From assembly GCA_964057225.1 (NCBI GenBank), contig OZ059898.1, positions 21,390,001 through 21,454,000 of the forward strand: a stretch of 64,000 bases of DNA, in the 5' to 3' direction. This DNA comes from Auanema rhodensis. Taxonomy: Eukaryota > Animalia > Nematoda. Both the position numbers and the translations under genes were made by a program. Shown here piece by piece: positions 14,957 through 30,433 of this stretch. Numbering within the stretch: position 1 is the stretch's first letter; every line of letters begins with the position of its first letter. The notes beneath the pieces were generated by a model, which was not told where the DNA came from, searched no databases, and was given only the letters and a program-made list of their open reading frames with translations.

Positions 14957-17900
14957 ATGTACACGTGATGTGCACTTGGTGTGTAACTCGCTTCACGTGA
15001 AAGATAAAGAGATGCGGTTTTCAAAATTAGATTCCCCATGTCCATATTAGTCTAAAAAAAATTTTTATTGATATTGGTTCATGGTAACCATGACTTTGAA
15101 ATTTACGTGAACTTTAATTTATGCTAATTAAATGTACACGTGATGTGCACTTGGTATGTAACTCGCTTCACGTGAAAGATAAAGAGATGCGGTTTTCAAA
15201 ATTAGATTCCCCATGTCCATATTAGTCTAAAAACAAATTTTTATTGATATTGGTTCATGGTAACCATGACTTTGAAATTTACGTGAACTTTAATTTATGC
15301 TAATTAAATGTACACGTGATGTGCACTTGGTATGTAACTCGCTTCACGTGAAAGATAAAGAGATGCGGTTTTCAAAATTAGATTCCCCATGTCCATATTA
15401 GTCTAAAAACAAATTTTTATTGATATTGGTTCATGGTAACCATGACTTTGAAATTTACGTGAACTTTAATTTATGCTAATTAAATGTACACGTGATGTGC
15501 ACTTGGTATGTAACTCGCTTCACGTGAAAGATAAAGAGATGCGGTTTTCACAATTAGATTCCCCATGTCCATATTAGTCTAAAAACAAATTTTTATTGAT
15601 ATTGGTGCATGGTAACCATGACTTTGAAATTTACGTGAACTTTAATTTATGCTAATTAAATGTACACGTGATGTGCACTTGGTATGTAACTCGCTTCACG
15701 TGGAAGATAAAGAGATGCGGTTTTCAAAATTAGATTCCTCATGTCCATATTAGTCTAAAAACAAATTTTTATTGATATTGGTGCATGGTAACCATGACTT
15801 TGAAATTTACGTGAACTTTAATTTATGCTAATTAAATGTACACGTGATGTGCACTTGGTATGTAACTCGCTTCACGTGAAAGATAAAGAGATGCGGTTTT
15901 CAAAATTAGATTCCCCATGTCCATATTAGTCTAAAAACAAATTTTTATTGATATTGGTTCATGGTAACCATGACTTTGAAATTTACGTGAACTTTAATTT
16001 ATGCTAATTAAATGTACACGTGATGTGCACTTGGTATGTAACTCGCTTCACGTGAAAGATAAAGAGATGCGGTTTTCAAAATTAGATTCCCCATGTCCAT
16101 ATTAGTCTAAAAACAAATTTTTATTGATATTGGTTCATGGTAACCATGACTTTGAAATTTACGTGAACTTTAATTTATGCTAATTAAATGTACACGTGAT
16201 GTGCACTTGGTATGTAACTCGCTTCACGTGAAAGATAAAGAGATGCGGTTTTCAAAATTAGATTCCCCATGTCCATATTAGTCTAAAAACAAATTTTTAT
16301 TGATATTGGTTCATGGTAACCATGACTTTCAAATTTACGTGAACTTTAATTTATGCTAATTAAATGTACACGTGATGTGCACTTGGTATGTAACTCGCTT
16401 CACGTGAAAGATAAAGAGATGCGGTTTTCAAAATTAGATTCCTCATGTCCATATTAGTCTAAATACAAATTTTTATTGATATTGGTTCATGGTAACCATG
16501 ACTTTGAAATTTACGTGAACTTTAATTTATGCTAATTAAATGTACACGTGATGTGCACTTGGTATGTAACTCGCTTCACGTGAAAGATAAAGAGATGCGG
16601 TTTTCAAAATTAGATTCCCCATGTCCATATTAGTCTAAAAAAAATTTTTATTGATATTGGTTCATGGTAACCATGACTTTGAAATTTACGTGAACTTTAA
16701 TTTATGCTAATTAAATGTACACGTGATGTGCACTTGGTATGTAACTCGCTTCACGTGAAAGATAAAGAGATGCGGTTTTCAAAATTAGATTCCCCATGTC
16801 CATATTAGTCTAAAAACAAATTTTTATTGATATTGGTTCATGGTAACCATGACTTTGAAATTTACGTGAACTTTAATTTATGCTAATTAAATGTACACGT
16901 GATGTGCACTTGGTATGTAACTCGCTTCACGTGAAAGATAAAGAGATGCGGTTTTCAAAATTAGATTCCCCATGTCCATATTAGTCTAAAAACAAATTTT
17001 TATTGATATTGGTTCATGGTAACCATGACTTTGAAATTTACGTGAACTTTAATTTATGCTAATTAAATGTACACGTGATGTGCACTTGGTATGTAACTCG
17101 CTTCACGTGAAAGATAAAGAGATGCGGTTTTCACAATTAGATTCCCCATGTCCATATTAGTCTAAAAACAAATTTTTATTGATATTGGTGCATGGTAACC
17201 ATGACTTTGAAATTTACGTGAACTTTAATTTATGCTAATTAAATGTACACGTGATGTGCACTTGGTATGTAACTCGCTTCACGTGGAAGATAAAGAGATG
17301 CGGTTTTCAAAATTAGATTCCTCATGTCCATATTAGTCTAAAAACAAATTTTTATTGATATTGGTGCATGGTAACCATGACTTTGAAATTTACGTGAACT
17401 TTAATTTATGCTAATTAAATGTACACGTGATGTGCACTTGGTATGTAACTCGCTTCACGTGAAAGATAAAGAGATGCGGTTTTCAAAATTAGATTCCCCA
17501 TGTCCATATTAGTCTAAAAACAAATTTTTATTGATATTGGTTCATGGTAACCATGACTTTGAAATTTACGTGAACTTTAATTTATGCTAATTAAATGTAC
17601 ACGTGATGTGCACTTGGTATGTAACTCGCTTCACGTGAAAGATAAAGAGATGCGGTTTTCAAAATTAGATTCCCCATGTTCATATTAGTCTAAAAACAAA
17701 TTTTTATTGATATTGGTGCATGGTAACCATGACTTTGAAATTTACGTGAACTTTAATTTATGCTAATTAAATGTACACGTGATGTGCACTTGGTATGTAA
17801 CTCGCTTCACGTGAAAGATAAAATGATGCCGTTTTCAAAATTAGATTCCCCATGTCCATATTAGTCTAAAAACAAATTTTTATTGATATTGGTTCATGGT

Positions 17901-20900
17901 AACCATGACTTTGAAATTTACGTGAACTTTAATTTATGCTAATTAAATGTACACGTGATGTGCACTTGGTATGTAACTCGCTTCACGTGAAAGATAAAGA
18001 GATGCGGTTTTCACAATTAGATTCCCCATGTCCATATTAGTCTAAAAACAAATTTTTATTGATATTGGTGCATGGTAACCATGACTTTGAAATTTACGTG
18101 AACTTTAATTTATGCTAATTAAATGTACACGTGATGTGCACTTGGTATGTAACTCGCTTCACGTGGAAGATAAAGAGATGCGGTTTTCAAAATTAGATTC
18201 CTCATGTCCATATTAGTCTAAAAACAAATTTTTATTGATATTGGTGCATGGTAACCATGACTTTGAAATTTACGTGAACTTTAATTTATGCTAATTAAAT
18301 GTACACGTGATGTGCACTTGGTGTGTAACTCGCTTCACGTGAAAGATAAAGAGATGCGGTTTTCAAAATTAGATTCCCCATGTCCATATTAGTCTAAAAA
18401 AAATTTTTATTGATATTGGTTCATGGTAACCATGACTTTGAAATTTACGTGAACTTTAATTTATGCTAATTAAATGTACACGTGATGTGCACTTGGTATG
18501 TAACTCGCTTCACGTGAAAGATAAAGAGATGCGGTTTTCAAAATTAGATTCCCCATGTCCATATTAGTCTAAAAACAAATTTTTATTGATATTGGTTCAT
18601 GGTAACCATGACTTTGAAATTTACGTGAACTTTAATTTATGCTAATTAAATGTACACGTGATGTGCACTTGGTATGTAACTCGCTTCACGTGAAAGATAA
18701 AGAGATGCGGTTTTCAAAATTAGATTCCCCATGTCCATATTAGTCTAAAAACAAATTTTTATTGATATTGGTTCATGGTAACCATGACTTTGAAATTTAC
18801 GTGAACTTTAATTTATGCTAATTAAATGTACACGTGATGTGCACTTGGTATGTAACTCGCTTCACGTGAAAGATAAAGAGATGCGGTTTTCAAAATTAGA
18901 TTCCCCATGTCCATATTAGTCTAAAAACAAATTTTTATTGATATTGGTTCATGGTAACCATGACTTTCAAATTTACGTGAACTTTAATTTATGCTAATTA
19001 AATGTACACGTGATGTGCACTTGGTATGTAACTCGCTTCACGTGAAAGATAAAGAGATGCGGTTTTCAAAATTAGATTCCTCATGTCCATATTAGTCTAA
19101 ATACAAATTTTTATTGATATTGGTTCATGGTAACCATGACTTTGAAATTTACGTGAACTTTAATTTATGCTAATTAAATGTACACGTGATGTGCACTTGG
19201 TATGTAACTCGCTTCACGTGAAAGATAAAGAGATGCGGTTTTCAAAATTAGATTCCCCATGTCCATATTAGTCTAAAAAAAATTTTTATTGATATTGGTT
19301 CATGGTAACCATGACTTTGAAATTTACGTGAACTTTAATTTATGCTAATTAAATGTACACGTGATGTGCACTTGGTATGTAACTCGCTTCACGTGAAAGA
19401 TAAAGAGATGCGGTTTTCAAAATTAGATTCCCCATGTCCATATTAGTCTAAAAACAAATTTTTATTGATATTGGTTCATGGTAACCATGACTTTGAAATT
19501 TACGTGAACTTTAATTTATGCTAATTAAATGTACACGTGATGTGCACTTGGTATGTAACTCGCTTCACGTGAAAGATAAAGAGATGCGGTTTTCAAAATT
19601 AGATTCCCCATGTCCATATTAGTCTAAAAACAAATTTTTATTGATATTGGTTCATGGTAACCATGACTTTGAAATTTACGTGAACTTTAATTTATGCTAA
19701 TTAAATGTACACGTGATGTGCACTTGGTATGTAACTCGCTTCACGTGAAAGATAAAGAGATGCGGTTTTCACAATTAGATTCCCCATGTCCATATTAGTC
19801 TAAAAACAAATTTTTATTGATATTGGTGCATGGTAACCATGACTTTGAAATTTACGTGAACTTTAATTTATGCTAATTAAATGTACACGTGATGTGCACT
19901 TGGTATGTAACTCGCTTCACGTGGAAGATAAAGAGATGCGGTTTTCAAAATTAGATTCCTCATGTCCATATTAGTCTAAAAACAAATTTTTATTGATATT
20001 GGTGCATGGTAACCATGACTTTGAAATTTACGTGAACTTTAATTTATGCTAATTAAATGTACACGTGATGTGCACTTGGTATGTAACTCGCTTCACGTGA
20101 AAGATAAAGAGATGCGGTTTTCAAAATTAGATTCCCCATGTCCATATTAGTCTAAAAACAAATTTTTATTGATATTGGTTCATGGTAACCATGACTTTGA
20201 AATTTACGTGAACTTTAATTTATGCTAATTAAATGTACACGTGATGTGCACTTGGTATGTAACTCGCTTCACGTGAAAGATAAAGAGATGCGGTTTTCAA
20301 AATTAGATTCCCCATGTTCATATTAGTCTAAAAACAAATTTTTATTGATATTGGTGCATGGTAACCATGACTTTGAAATTTACGTGAACTTTAATTTATG
20401 CTAATTAAATGTACACGTGATGTGCACTTGGTATGTAACTCGCTTCACGTGAAAGATAAAATGATGCCGTTTTCAAAATTAGATTCCCCATGTCCATATT
20501 AGTCTAAAAACAAATTTTTATTGATATTGGTTCATGGTAACCATGACTTTGAAATTTACGTGAACTTTAATTTATGCTAATTAAATGTACACGTGATGTG
20601 CACTTGGTATGTAACTCGCTTCACGTGAAAGATAAAGAGATGCGGTTTTCACAATTAGATTCCCCATGTCCATATTAGTCTAAAAACAAATTTTTATTGA
20701 TATTGGTGCATGGTAACCATGACTTTGAAATTTACGTGAACTTTAATTTATGCTAATTAAATGTACACGTGATGTGCACTTGGTATGTAACTCGCTTCAC
20801 GTGGAAGATAAAGAGATGCGGTTTTCAAAATTAGATTCCTCATGTCCATATTAGTCTAAAAACAAATTTTTATTGATATTGGTGCATGGTAACCATGACT

Positions 20901-23900
20901 TTGAAATTTACGTGAACTTTAATTTATGCTAATTAAATGTACACGTGATGTGCACTTGGTGTGTAACTCGCTTCACGTGAAAGATAAAGAGATGCGGTTT
21001 TCAAAATTAGATTCCCCATGTCCATATTAGTCTAAAAAAAATTTTTATTGATATTGGTTCATGGTAACCATGACTTTGAAATTTACGTGAACTTTAATTT
21101 ATGCTAATTAAATGTACACGTGATGTGCACTTGGTATGTAACTCGCTTCACGTGAAAGATAAAGAGATGCGGTTTTCAAAATTAGATTCCCCATGTCCAT
21201 ATTAGTCTAAAAACAAATTTTTATTGATATTGGTTCATGGTAACCATGACTTTGAAATTTACGTGAACTTTAATTTATGCTAATTAAATGTACACGTGAT
21301 GTGCACTTGGTATGTAACTCGCTTCACGTGAAAGATAAAGAGATGCGGTTTTCAAAATTAGATTCCCCATGTCCATATTAGTCTAAAAACAAATTTTTAT
21401 TGATATTGGTTCATGGTAACCATGACTTTGAAATTTACGTGAACTTTAATTTATGCTAATTAAATGTACACGTGATGTGCACTTGGTATGTAACTCGCTT
21501 CACGTGAAAGATAAAGAGATGCGGTTTTCACAATTAGATTCCCCATGTCCATATTAGTCTAAAAACAAATTTTTATTGATATTGGTGCATGGTAACCATG
21601 ACTTTGAAATTTACGTGAACTTTAATTTATGCTAATTAAATGTACACGTGATGTGCACTTGGTATGTAACTCGCTTCACGTGGAAGATAAAGAGATGCGG
21701 TTTTCAAAATTAGATTCCTCATGTCCATATTAGTCTAAAAACAAATTTTTATTGATATTGGTGCATGGTAACCATGACTTTGAAATTTACGTGAACTTTA
21801 ATTTATGCTAATTAAATGTACACGTGATGTGCACTTGGTATGTAACTCGCTTCACGTGAAAGATAAAGAGATGCGGTTTTCAAAATTAGATTCCCCATGT
21901 CCATATTAGTCTAAAAACAAATTTTTATTGATATTGGTTCATGGTAACCATGACTTTGAAATTTACGTGAACTTTAATTTATGCTAATTAAATGTACACG
22001 TGATGTGCACTTGGTATGTAACTCGCTTCACGTGAAAAATAAAGAGATGCGGTTTTCAAAATTAGATTCCCCATGTCCATATTAGTCTAAAAACAAATTT
22101 TTATTGATATTGGTTCATGGTAACCATGACTTTGAAATTTACGTGAACTTTAATTTATGCTAATTAAATGTACACGTGATGTGCACTTGGTATGTAACTC
22201 GCTTCACGTGAAAGATAAAGAGATGCGGTTTTCAAAATTAGATTCCCCATGTCCATATTAGTCTAAAAACAAATTTTTATTGATATTGGTTCATGGTAAC
22301 CATGACTTTCAAATTTACGTGAACTTTAATTTATGCTAATTAAATGTACACGTGATGTGCACTTGGTATGTAACTCGCTTCACGTGAAAGATAAAGAGAT
22401 GCGGTTTTCAAAATTAGATTCCTCATGTCCATATTAGTCTAAATACAAATTTTTATTGATATTGGTTCATGGTAACCATGACTTTGAAATTTACGTGAAC
22501 TTTAATTTATGCTAATTAAATGTACACGTGATGTGCACTTGGTATGTAACTCGCTTCACGTGAAAGATAAAGAGATGCGGTTTTCAAAATTAGATTCCCC
22601 ATGTCCATATTAGTCTAAAAAAAATTTTTATTGATATTGGTTCATGGTAACCATGACTTTGAAATTTACGTGAACTTTAATTTATGCTAATTAAATGTAC
22701 ACGTGATGTGCACTTGGTATGTAACTCGCTTCACGTGAAAGATAAAGAGATGCGGTTTTCAAAATTAGATTCCCCATGTCCATATTAGTCTAAAAACAAA
22801 TTTTTATTGATATTGGTTCATGGTAACCATGACTTTGAAATTTACGTGAACTTTAATTTATGCTAATTAAATGTACACGTGATGTGCACTTGGTATGTAA
22901 CTCGCTTCACGTGAAAGATAAAGAGATGCGGTTTTCAAAATTAGATTCCCCATGTCCATATTAGTCTAAAAACAAATTTTTATTGATATTGGTTCATGGT
23001 AACCATGACTTTGAAATTTACGTGAACTTTAATTTATGCTAATTAAATGTACACGTGATGTGCACTTGGTATGTAACTCGCTTCACGTGAAAGATAAAGA
23101 GATGCGGTTTTCACAATTAGATTCCCCATGTCCATATTAGTCTAAAAACAAATTTTTATTGATATTGGTGCATGGTAACCATGACTTTGAAATTTACGTG
23201 AACTTTAATTTATGCTAATTAAATGTACACGTGATGTGCACTTGGTATGTAACTCGCTTCACGTGGAAGATAAAGAGATGCGGTTTTCAAAATTAGATTC
23301 CTCATGTCCATATTAGTCTAAAAACAAATTTTTATTGATATTGGTGCATGGTAACCATGACTTTGAAATTTACGTGAACTTTAATTTATGCTAATTAAAT
23401 GTACACGTGATGTGCACTTGGTATGTAACTCGCTTCACGTGAAAGATAAAGAGATGCGGTTTTCAAAATTAGATTCCCCATGTCCATATTAGTCTAAAAA
23501 CAAATTTTTATTGATATTGGTTCATGGTAACCATGACTTTGAAATTTACGTGAACTTTAATTTATGCTAATTAAATGTACACGTGATGTGCACTTGGTAT
23601 GTAACTCGCTTCACGTGAAAGATAAAGAGATGCGGTTTTCAAAATTAGATTCCCCATGTCCATATTAGTCTAAAAACAAATTTTTATTGATATTGGTTCA
23701 TGGTAACCATGACTTTGAAATTTACGTGAACTTTAATTTATGCTAATTAAATGTACACGTGATGTGCACTTGGTATGTAACTCGCTTCACGTGAAAGATA
23801 AAGAGATGCGGTTTTCAAAATTAGATTCCCCATGTCCATATTAGTCTAAAAACAAATTTTTATTGATATTGGTTCATGGTAACCATGACTTTCAAATTTA

Positions 23901-24629
23901 CGTGAACTTTAATTTATGCTAATTAAATGTACACGTGATGTGCACTTGGTATGTAACTCGCTTCACGTGAAAGATAAAGAGATGCGGTTTTCAAAATTAG
24001 ATTCCTCATGTCCATATTAGTCTAAATACAAATTTTTATTGATATTGGTTCATGGTAACCATGACTTTGAAATTTACGTGAACTTTAATTTATGCTAATT
24101 AAATGTACACGTGATGTGCACTTGGTATGTAACTCGCTTCACGTGAAAGATAAAGAGATGCGGTTTTCAAAATTAGATTCCCCATGTCCATATTAGTCTA
24201 AAAAAAATTTTTATTGATATTGGTTCATGGTAACCATGACTTTGAAATTTACGTGAACTTTAATTTATGCTAATTAAATGTACACGTGATGTGCACTTGG
24301 TATGTAACTCGCTTCACGTGAAAGATAAAGAGATGCGGTTTTCAAAATTAGATTCCCCATGTCCATATTAGTCTAAAAACAAATTTTTATTGATATTGGT
24401 TCATGGTAACCATGACTTTGAAATTTACGTGAACTTTAATTTATGCTAATTAAATGTACACGTGATGTGCACTTGGTATGTAACTCGCTTCACGTGAAAG
24501 ATAAAGAGATGCGGTTTTCAAAATTAGATTCCCCATGTCCATATTAGTCTAAAAACAAATTTTTATTGATATTGGTTCATGGTAACCATGACTTTGAAAT
24601 TTACGTGAACTTTAATTTATGCTAATTAA
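14957..24629 (+). repeat. Higher-order repeat domain marked by 175-bp monomers (units of 9, 10, 5, 10, 9, 9 monomers)
   Basis: The deletion AAAAACAAA to A8 starts at 15054, 16637, 18396, 19275, 21034, 22617 and 24200. Spacings are 1583, 1759, 879, 1759, 1583 and 1583 bp. Confidence 0.88.
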
Positions 24630-27600
24630 ATGTACACGTGATGTGCACTTGGTATGTAACTCGCTTCACGTGAAAGATAAAGAGATGCGGTTTTCACAAT
24701 TAGATTCCCCATGTCCATATTAGTCTAAAAACAAATTTTTATTGATATTGGTGCATGGTAACCATGACTTTGAAATTTACGTGAACTTTAATTTATGCTA
24801 ATTAAATGTACACGTGATGTGCACTTGGTATGTAACTCGCTTCACGTGGAAGATAAAGAGATGCGGTTTTCAAAATTAGATTCCTCATGTCCATATTAGT
24901 CTAAAAACAAATTTTTATTGATATTGGTGCATGGTAACCATGACTTTGAAATTTACGTGAACTTTAATTTATGCTAATTAAATGTACACGTGATGTGCAC
25001 TTGGTATGTAACTCGCTTCACGTGAAAGATAAAGAGATGCGGTTTTCAAAATTAGATTCCCCATGTCCATATTAGTCTAAAAACAAATTTTTATTGATAT
25101 TGGTTCATGGTAACCATGACTTTGAAATTTACGTGAACTTTAATTTATGCTAATTAAATGTACACGTGATGTGCACTTGGTATGTAAATCGCTTCACGTG
25201 AAAGATAAAGAGATGCGGTTTTCAAAATTAGATTCCCCATGTCCATATTAGTCTAAAAACAAATTTTTATTGATATTGGTTCATGGTAACCATGACTTTG
25301 AAATTTACGTGAACTTTAATTTATGCTAATTAAATGTACACGTGATGTGCACTTGGTATGTAACTCGCTTCACGTGAAAGATAAAGAGATGCGGTTTTCA
25401 AAATTAGATTCCCCATGTCCATATTAGTCTAAAAACAAATTTTTATTGATATTGGTTCATGGTAACCATGACTTTCAAATTTACGTGAACTTTAATTTAT
25501 GCTAATTAAATGTACACGTGATGTGCACTTGGTATGTAACTCGCTTCACGTGAAAGATAAAGAGATGCGGTTTTCAAAATTAGATTCCTCATGTCCATAT
25601 TAGTCTAAATACAAATTTTTATTGATATTGGTTCATGGTAACCATGACTTTGAAATTTACGTGAACTTTAATTTATGCTAATTAAATGTACACGTGATGT
25701 GCACTTGGTATGTAACTCGCTTCACGTGAAAGATAAAGAGATGCGGTTTTCAAAATTAGATTCCCCATGTCCATATTAGTCTAAAAACAAATTTTTATTG
25801 ATATTGGTTCATGGTCACCATGACTTTGAAATTTACGTGAACTTTAATTTATGCTAATTAAATGTACACGTGATGTGCACTTGGTATGTAACTCGCTTCA
25901 CGTGAAAGATAAAGAGATGCGGTTTTCAAAATTAGATTCCCCATGTCCATATTAGTCTAAAAACAAATTTTTATTGATATTGGTTCATGGTAACCATGAC
26001 TTTGAAATTTACGTGAACTTTAATTTATGCTAATTAAATGTACACGTGATGTGCACTTGGTATGTAACTCGCTTCACGTGAAAGATAAAGAGATGCGGTT
26101 TTCAAAATTAGATTCCTCATGTCCATATTAGTCTAAATACAAATTTTTATTGATATTGGTTCATGGTAACCATGACTTTCAAATTTACGTGAACTTTAAT
26201 TTATGCTAATTAAATGTACACGTGATGTGCACTTGGTATGTAACTCGCTTCACGTGAAAGATAAAGAGATGCGGTTTTCAAAATTAGATTCCTCATGTCC
26301 ATATTAGTCTAAATACAAATTTTTATTGATATTGGTTCATGGTAACCATGACTTTGAAATTTACGTGAACTTTAATTTATGCTAATTAAATGTACACGTG
26401 ATGTGCACTTGGTATGTAACTCGCTTCACGTGAAAGATAAAGAGATGCGGTTTTCAAAATTAGATTCCCCATGTCCATATTAGTCTAAAAACAAATTTTT
26501 ATTGATATTGGTTCATGGTCACCATGACTTTGAAATTTACGTGAACTTTAATTTATGCTAATTAAATGTACACGTGATGTGCACTTGGTATGTAACTCGC
26601 TTCACGTGAAAGATAAAGAGATGCGGTTTTCAAAATTAGATTCCCCATGTCCATATTAGTCTAAAAACAAATTTTTATTGATATTGGTTCATGGTAACCA
26701 TGACTTTGAAATTTACGTGAACTTTAATTTATGCTAATTAAATGTACACGTGATGTGCACTTGGTATGTAACTCGCTTCACGTGAAAGATAAAGAGATGC
26801 GGTTTTCAAAATTAGATTCCTCATGTCCATATTAGTCTAAATACAAATTTTTATTGATATTGGTTCATGGTAACCATGACTTTGAAATTTACGTGAACTT
26901 TAATTTATGCTAATTAAATGTACACGTGATGTGCACTTGGTATGTGACTCGCTTCACGTGAAAGATAAAGAGATGCGGTTTCCAAAATTAGATTCCCCAT
27001 GTCCATATTAGTCTAAAAACAAATTTTTATTGATATTGGTTCATGGTAACCATGACTTTGAAATTTACGTGAACTTTAATTTATGCTAATCAAATGTACA
27101 CGTGATGTGCACTTGGTATGTAACTCGCTTCACGTGAAAGATAAAGAGATGCGGTTTTCACAATTAGATTCCCCATGTCCATATTAGTCTAAAAACAAAT
27201 TTTTATTGATATTGGTGCATGGTAACCATGACTTTGAAATTTACGTGAACTTTAATTTATGCTAATTAAATGTACACGTGATGTGCACTTGGTATGTAAC
27301 TCGCTTCACGTGGAAGATAAAGAGATGCGGTTTTCAAAATTAGATTCCTCATGTCCATATTAGTCTAAAAACAAATTTTTATTGATATTGGTGCATGGTA
27401 ACCATGACTTTGAAATTTACGTGAACTTTAATTTATGCTAATTAAATGTACACGTGATGTGCACTTGGTATGTAACTCGCTTCACGTGAAAGATAAAGAG
27501 ATGCGGTTTTCAAAATTAGATTCCCCATGTCCATATTAGTCTAAAAACAAATTTTTATTGATATTGGTTCATGGTAACCATGACTTTGAAATTTACGTGA

Positions 27601-29557
27601 ACTTTAATTTATGCTAATTAAATGTACACGTGATGTGCACTTGGTATGTAAATCGCTTCACGTGAAAGATAAAGAGATGCGGTTTTCAAAATTAGATTCC
27701 CCATGTCCATATTAGTCTAAAAACAAATTTTTATTGATATTGGTTCATGGTAACCATGACTTTGAAATTTACGTGAACTTTAATTTATGCTAATTAAATG
27801 TACACGTGATGTGCACTTGGTATGTAACTCGCTTCACGTGAAAGATAAAGAGATGCGGTTTTCAAAATTAGATTCCCCATGTCCATATTAGTCTAAAAAC
27901 AAATTTTTATTGATATTGGTTCATGGTAACCATGACTTTCAAATTTACGTGAACTTTAATTTATGCTAATTAAATGTACACGTGATGTGCACTTGGTATG
28001 TAACTCGCTTCACGTGAAAGATAAAGCGATGCGGTTTTCAAAATTAGATTCCTCATGTCCATATTAGTCTAAATACAAATTTTTATTGATATTGGTTCAT
28101 GGTAACCATGACTTTGAAATTTACGTGAACTTTAATTTATGCTAATTAAATGTACACGTGATGTGCACTTGGTATGTAACTCGCTTCACGTGAAAGATAA
28201 AGAGATGCGGTTTTCAAAATTAGATTCCCCATGTCCATATTAGTCTAAAAACAAATTTTTATTGATATTGGTTCATGGTCACCATGACTTTGAAATTTAC
28301 GTGAACTTTAATTTATGCTAATTAAATGTACACGTGATGTGCACTTGGTATGTAACTCGCTTCACGTGAAAGATAAAGAGATGCGGTTTTCAAAATTAGA
28401 TTCCCCATGTCCATATTAGTCTAAAAACAAATTTTTATTGATATTGGTTCATGGTAACCATGACTTTGAAATTTACGTGAACTTTAATTTATGCTAATTA
28501 AATGTACACGTGATGTGCACTTGGTATGTAACTCGCTTCACGTGAAAGATAAAGAGATGCGGTTTTCAAAATTAGATTCCTCATGTCCATATTAGTCTAA
28601 ATACAAATTTTTATTGATATTGGTTCATGGTAACCATGACTTTCAAATTTACGTGAACTTTAATTTATGCTAATTAAATGTACACGTGATGTGCACTTGG
28701 TATGTAACTCGCTTCACGTGAAAGATAAAGAGATGCGGTTTTCAAAATTAGATTCCTCATGTCCATATTAGTCTAAATACAAATTTTTATTGATATTGGT
28801 TCATGGTAACCATGACTTTGAAATTTACGTGAACTTTAATTTATGCTAATTAAATGTACACGTGATGTGCACTTGGTATGTAACTCGCTTCACGTGAAAG
28901 ATAAAGAGATGCGGTTTTCAAAATTAGATTCCCCATGTCCATATTAGTCTAAAAACAAATTTTTATTGATATTGGTTCATGGTCACCATGACTTTGAAAT
29001 TTACGTGAACTTTAATTTATGCTAATTAAATGTACACGTGATGTGCACTTGGTATGTAACTCGCTTCACGTGAAAGATAAAGAGATGCGGTTTTCAAAAT
29101 TAGATTCCCCATGTCCATATTAGTCTAAAAACAAATTTTTATTGATATTGGTTCATGGTAACCATGACTTTGAAATTTACGTGAACTTTAATTTATGCTA
29201 ATTAAATGTACACGTGATGTGCACTTGGTATGTAACTCGCTTCACGTGAAAGATAAAGAGATGCGGTTTTCAAAATTAGATTCCTCATGTCCATATTAGT
29301 CTAAATACAAATTTTTATTGATATTGGTTCATGGTAACCATGACTTTGAAATTTACGTGAACTTTAATTTATGCTAATTAAATGTACACGTGATGTGCAC
29401 TTGGTATGTGACTCGCTTCACGTGAAAGATAAAGAGATGCGGTTTCCAAAATTAGATTCCCCATGTCCATATTAGTCTAAAAACAAATTTTTATTGATAT
29501 TGGTTCATGGTAACCATGACTTTGAAATTTACGTGAACTTTAATTTATGCTAATTAA
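24630..29557 (+). repeat. 14-monomer (2464-bp) higher-order tandem duplication
   Basis: TAAATCGC variant at 25188/27652 and TGTGACTC(+TTTCCA) at 26946/29410, with the same order of intervening variants. Confidence 0.87.
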
Positions 29558-30261
29558 ATGTACACGTGATGTGCACTTGGTATGTAACTCGCTTCACGTG
29601 AAAGATAAAGAGATGCGGTTTTCAAAATTAGATTCCCCATGTCCATATTAGTCTAAAAACAAATTTTTATTGATATTGCTTCATGGTAACCATGACTTTG
29701 AAATTTACGTGAACTTTAATTTATGCTAATTAAATGTACACGTGATGTGCACTTGGTATGTAACTCGCTTCACGTGAAAGATAAAGAAATGCGGTTTTCA
29801 AAATTAGATTCCCCATGTCCATATTAGTCTAAAAACAAATTTTTATTGATATTGGTTCGTGGTCACCATGACTTTGAAATTTACGTGAACTTTAATTTAT
29901 GCTAATTAAATGTACACGTGATGTGCACTTGGTATGTAACTCGCTTCACGTGAAAGATAAAGAGATGCGGTTTTCAAAATTAGATTCCCCATGTCCAAAT
30001 TAGTCTAAAAACAAATTTTTATTGATATTGGTGCATGGTAACCATGACTTTGAAATTTACGTGAACTTTAATTTATGCTAATTAAATGTACACATGATGT
30101 GCACTTGGTATGTAACTCGCTTCACGTGAAAGATAAAGAGATGCGGTTTTCAAAATTAGATTCCCCATGTTCATATTAGTCTAAAAACAAATTTTTATTG
30201 ATATTGGTTCATGGTAACCATGACTTTGAAATTTACGTGTACTTTAATTTATGCTAATCAA

Positions 30262-30433
30262 ATGTACACGTGATGTGCACTTGGTATGTAACTCGCTTCA
30301 CGTGAAAGATAAAGAGATGTTTTAAAATTAGATTCCCCATGTCCATATTAGTCTAAAAACAAATTTTTATTGATATTGGTGCATGGTAAATATGACTTTG
30401 AAATTTACGTGAACTTTAATTTATGCTAATTAA
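30262..30433 (+). repeat. Second copy of the 172-bp deletion monomer
   Basis: GAGATGTTTTAAAA at 30314, with the same linked variants as at 7569 (preceding AATCAAATG, GGTGCATGGTAAATATG). Confidence 0.93.
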
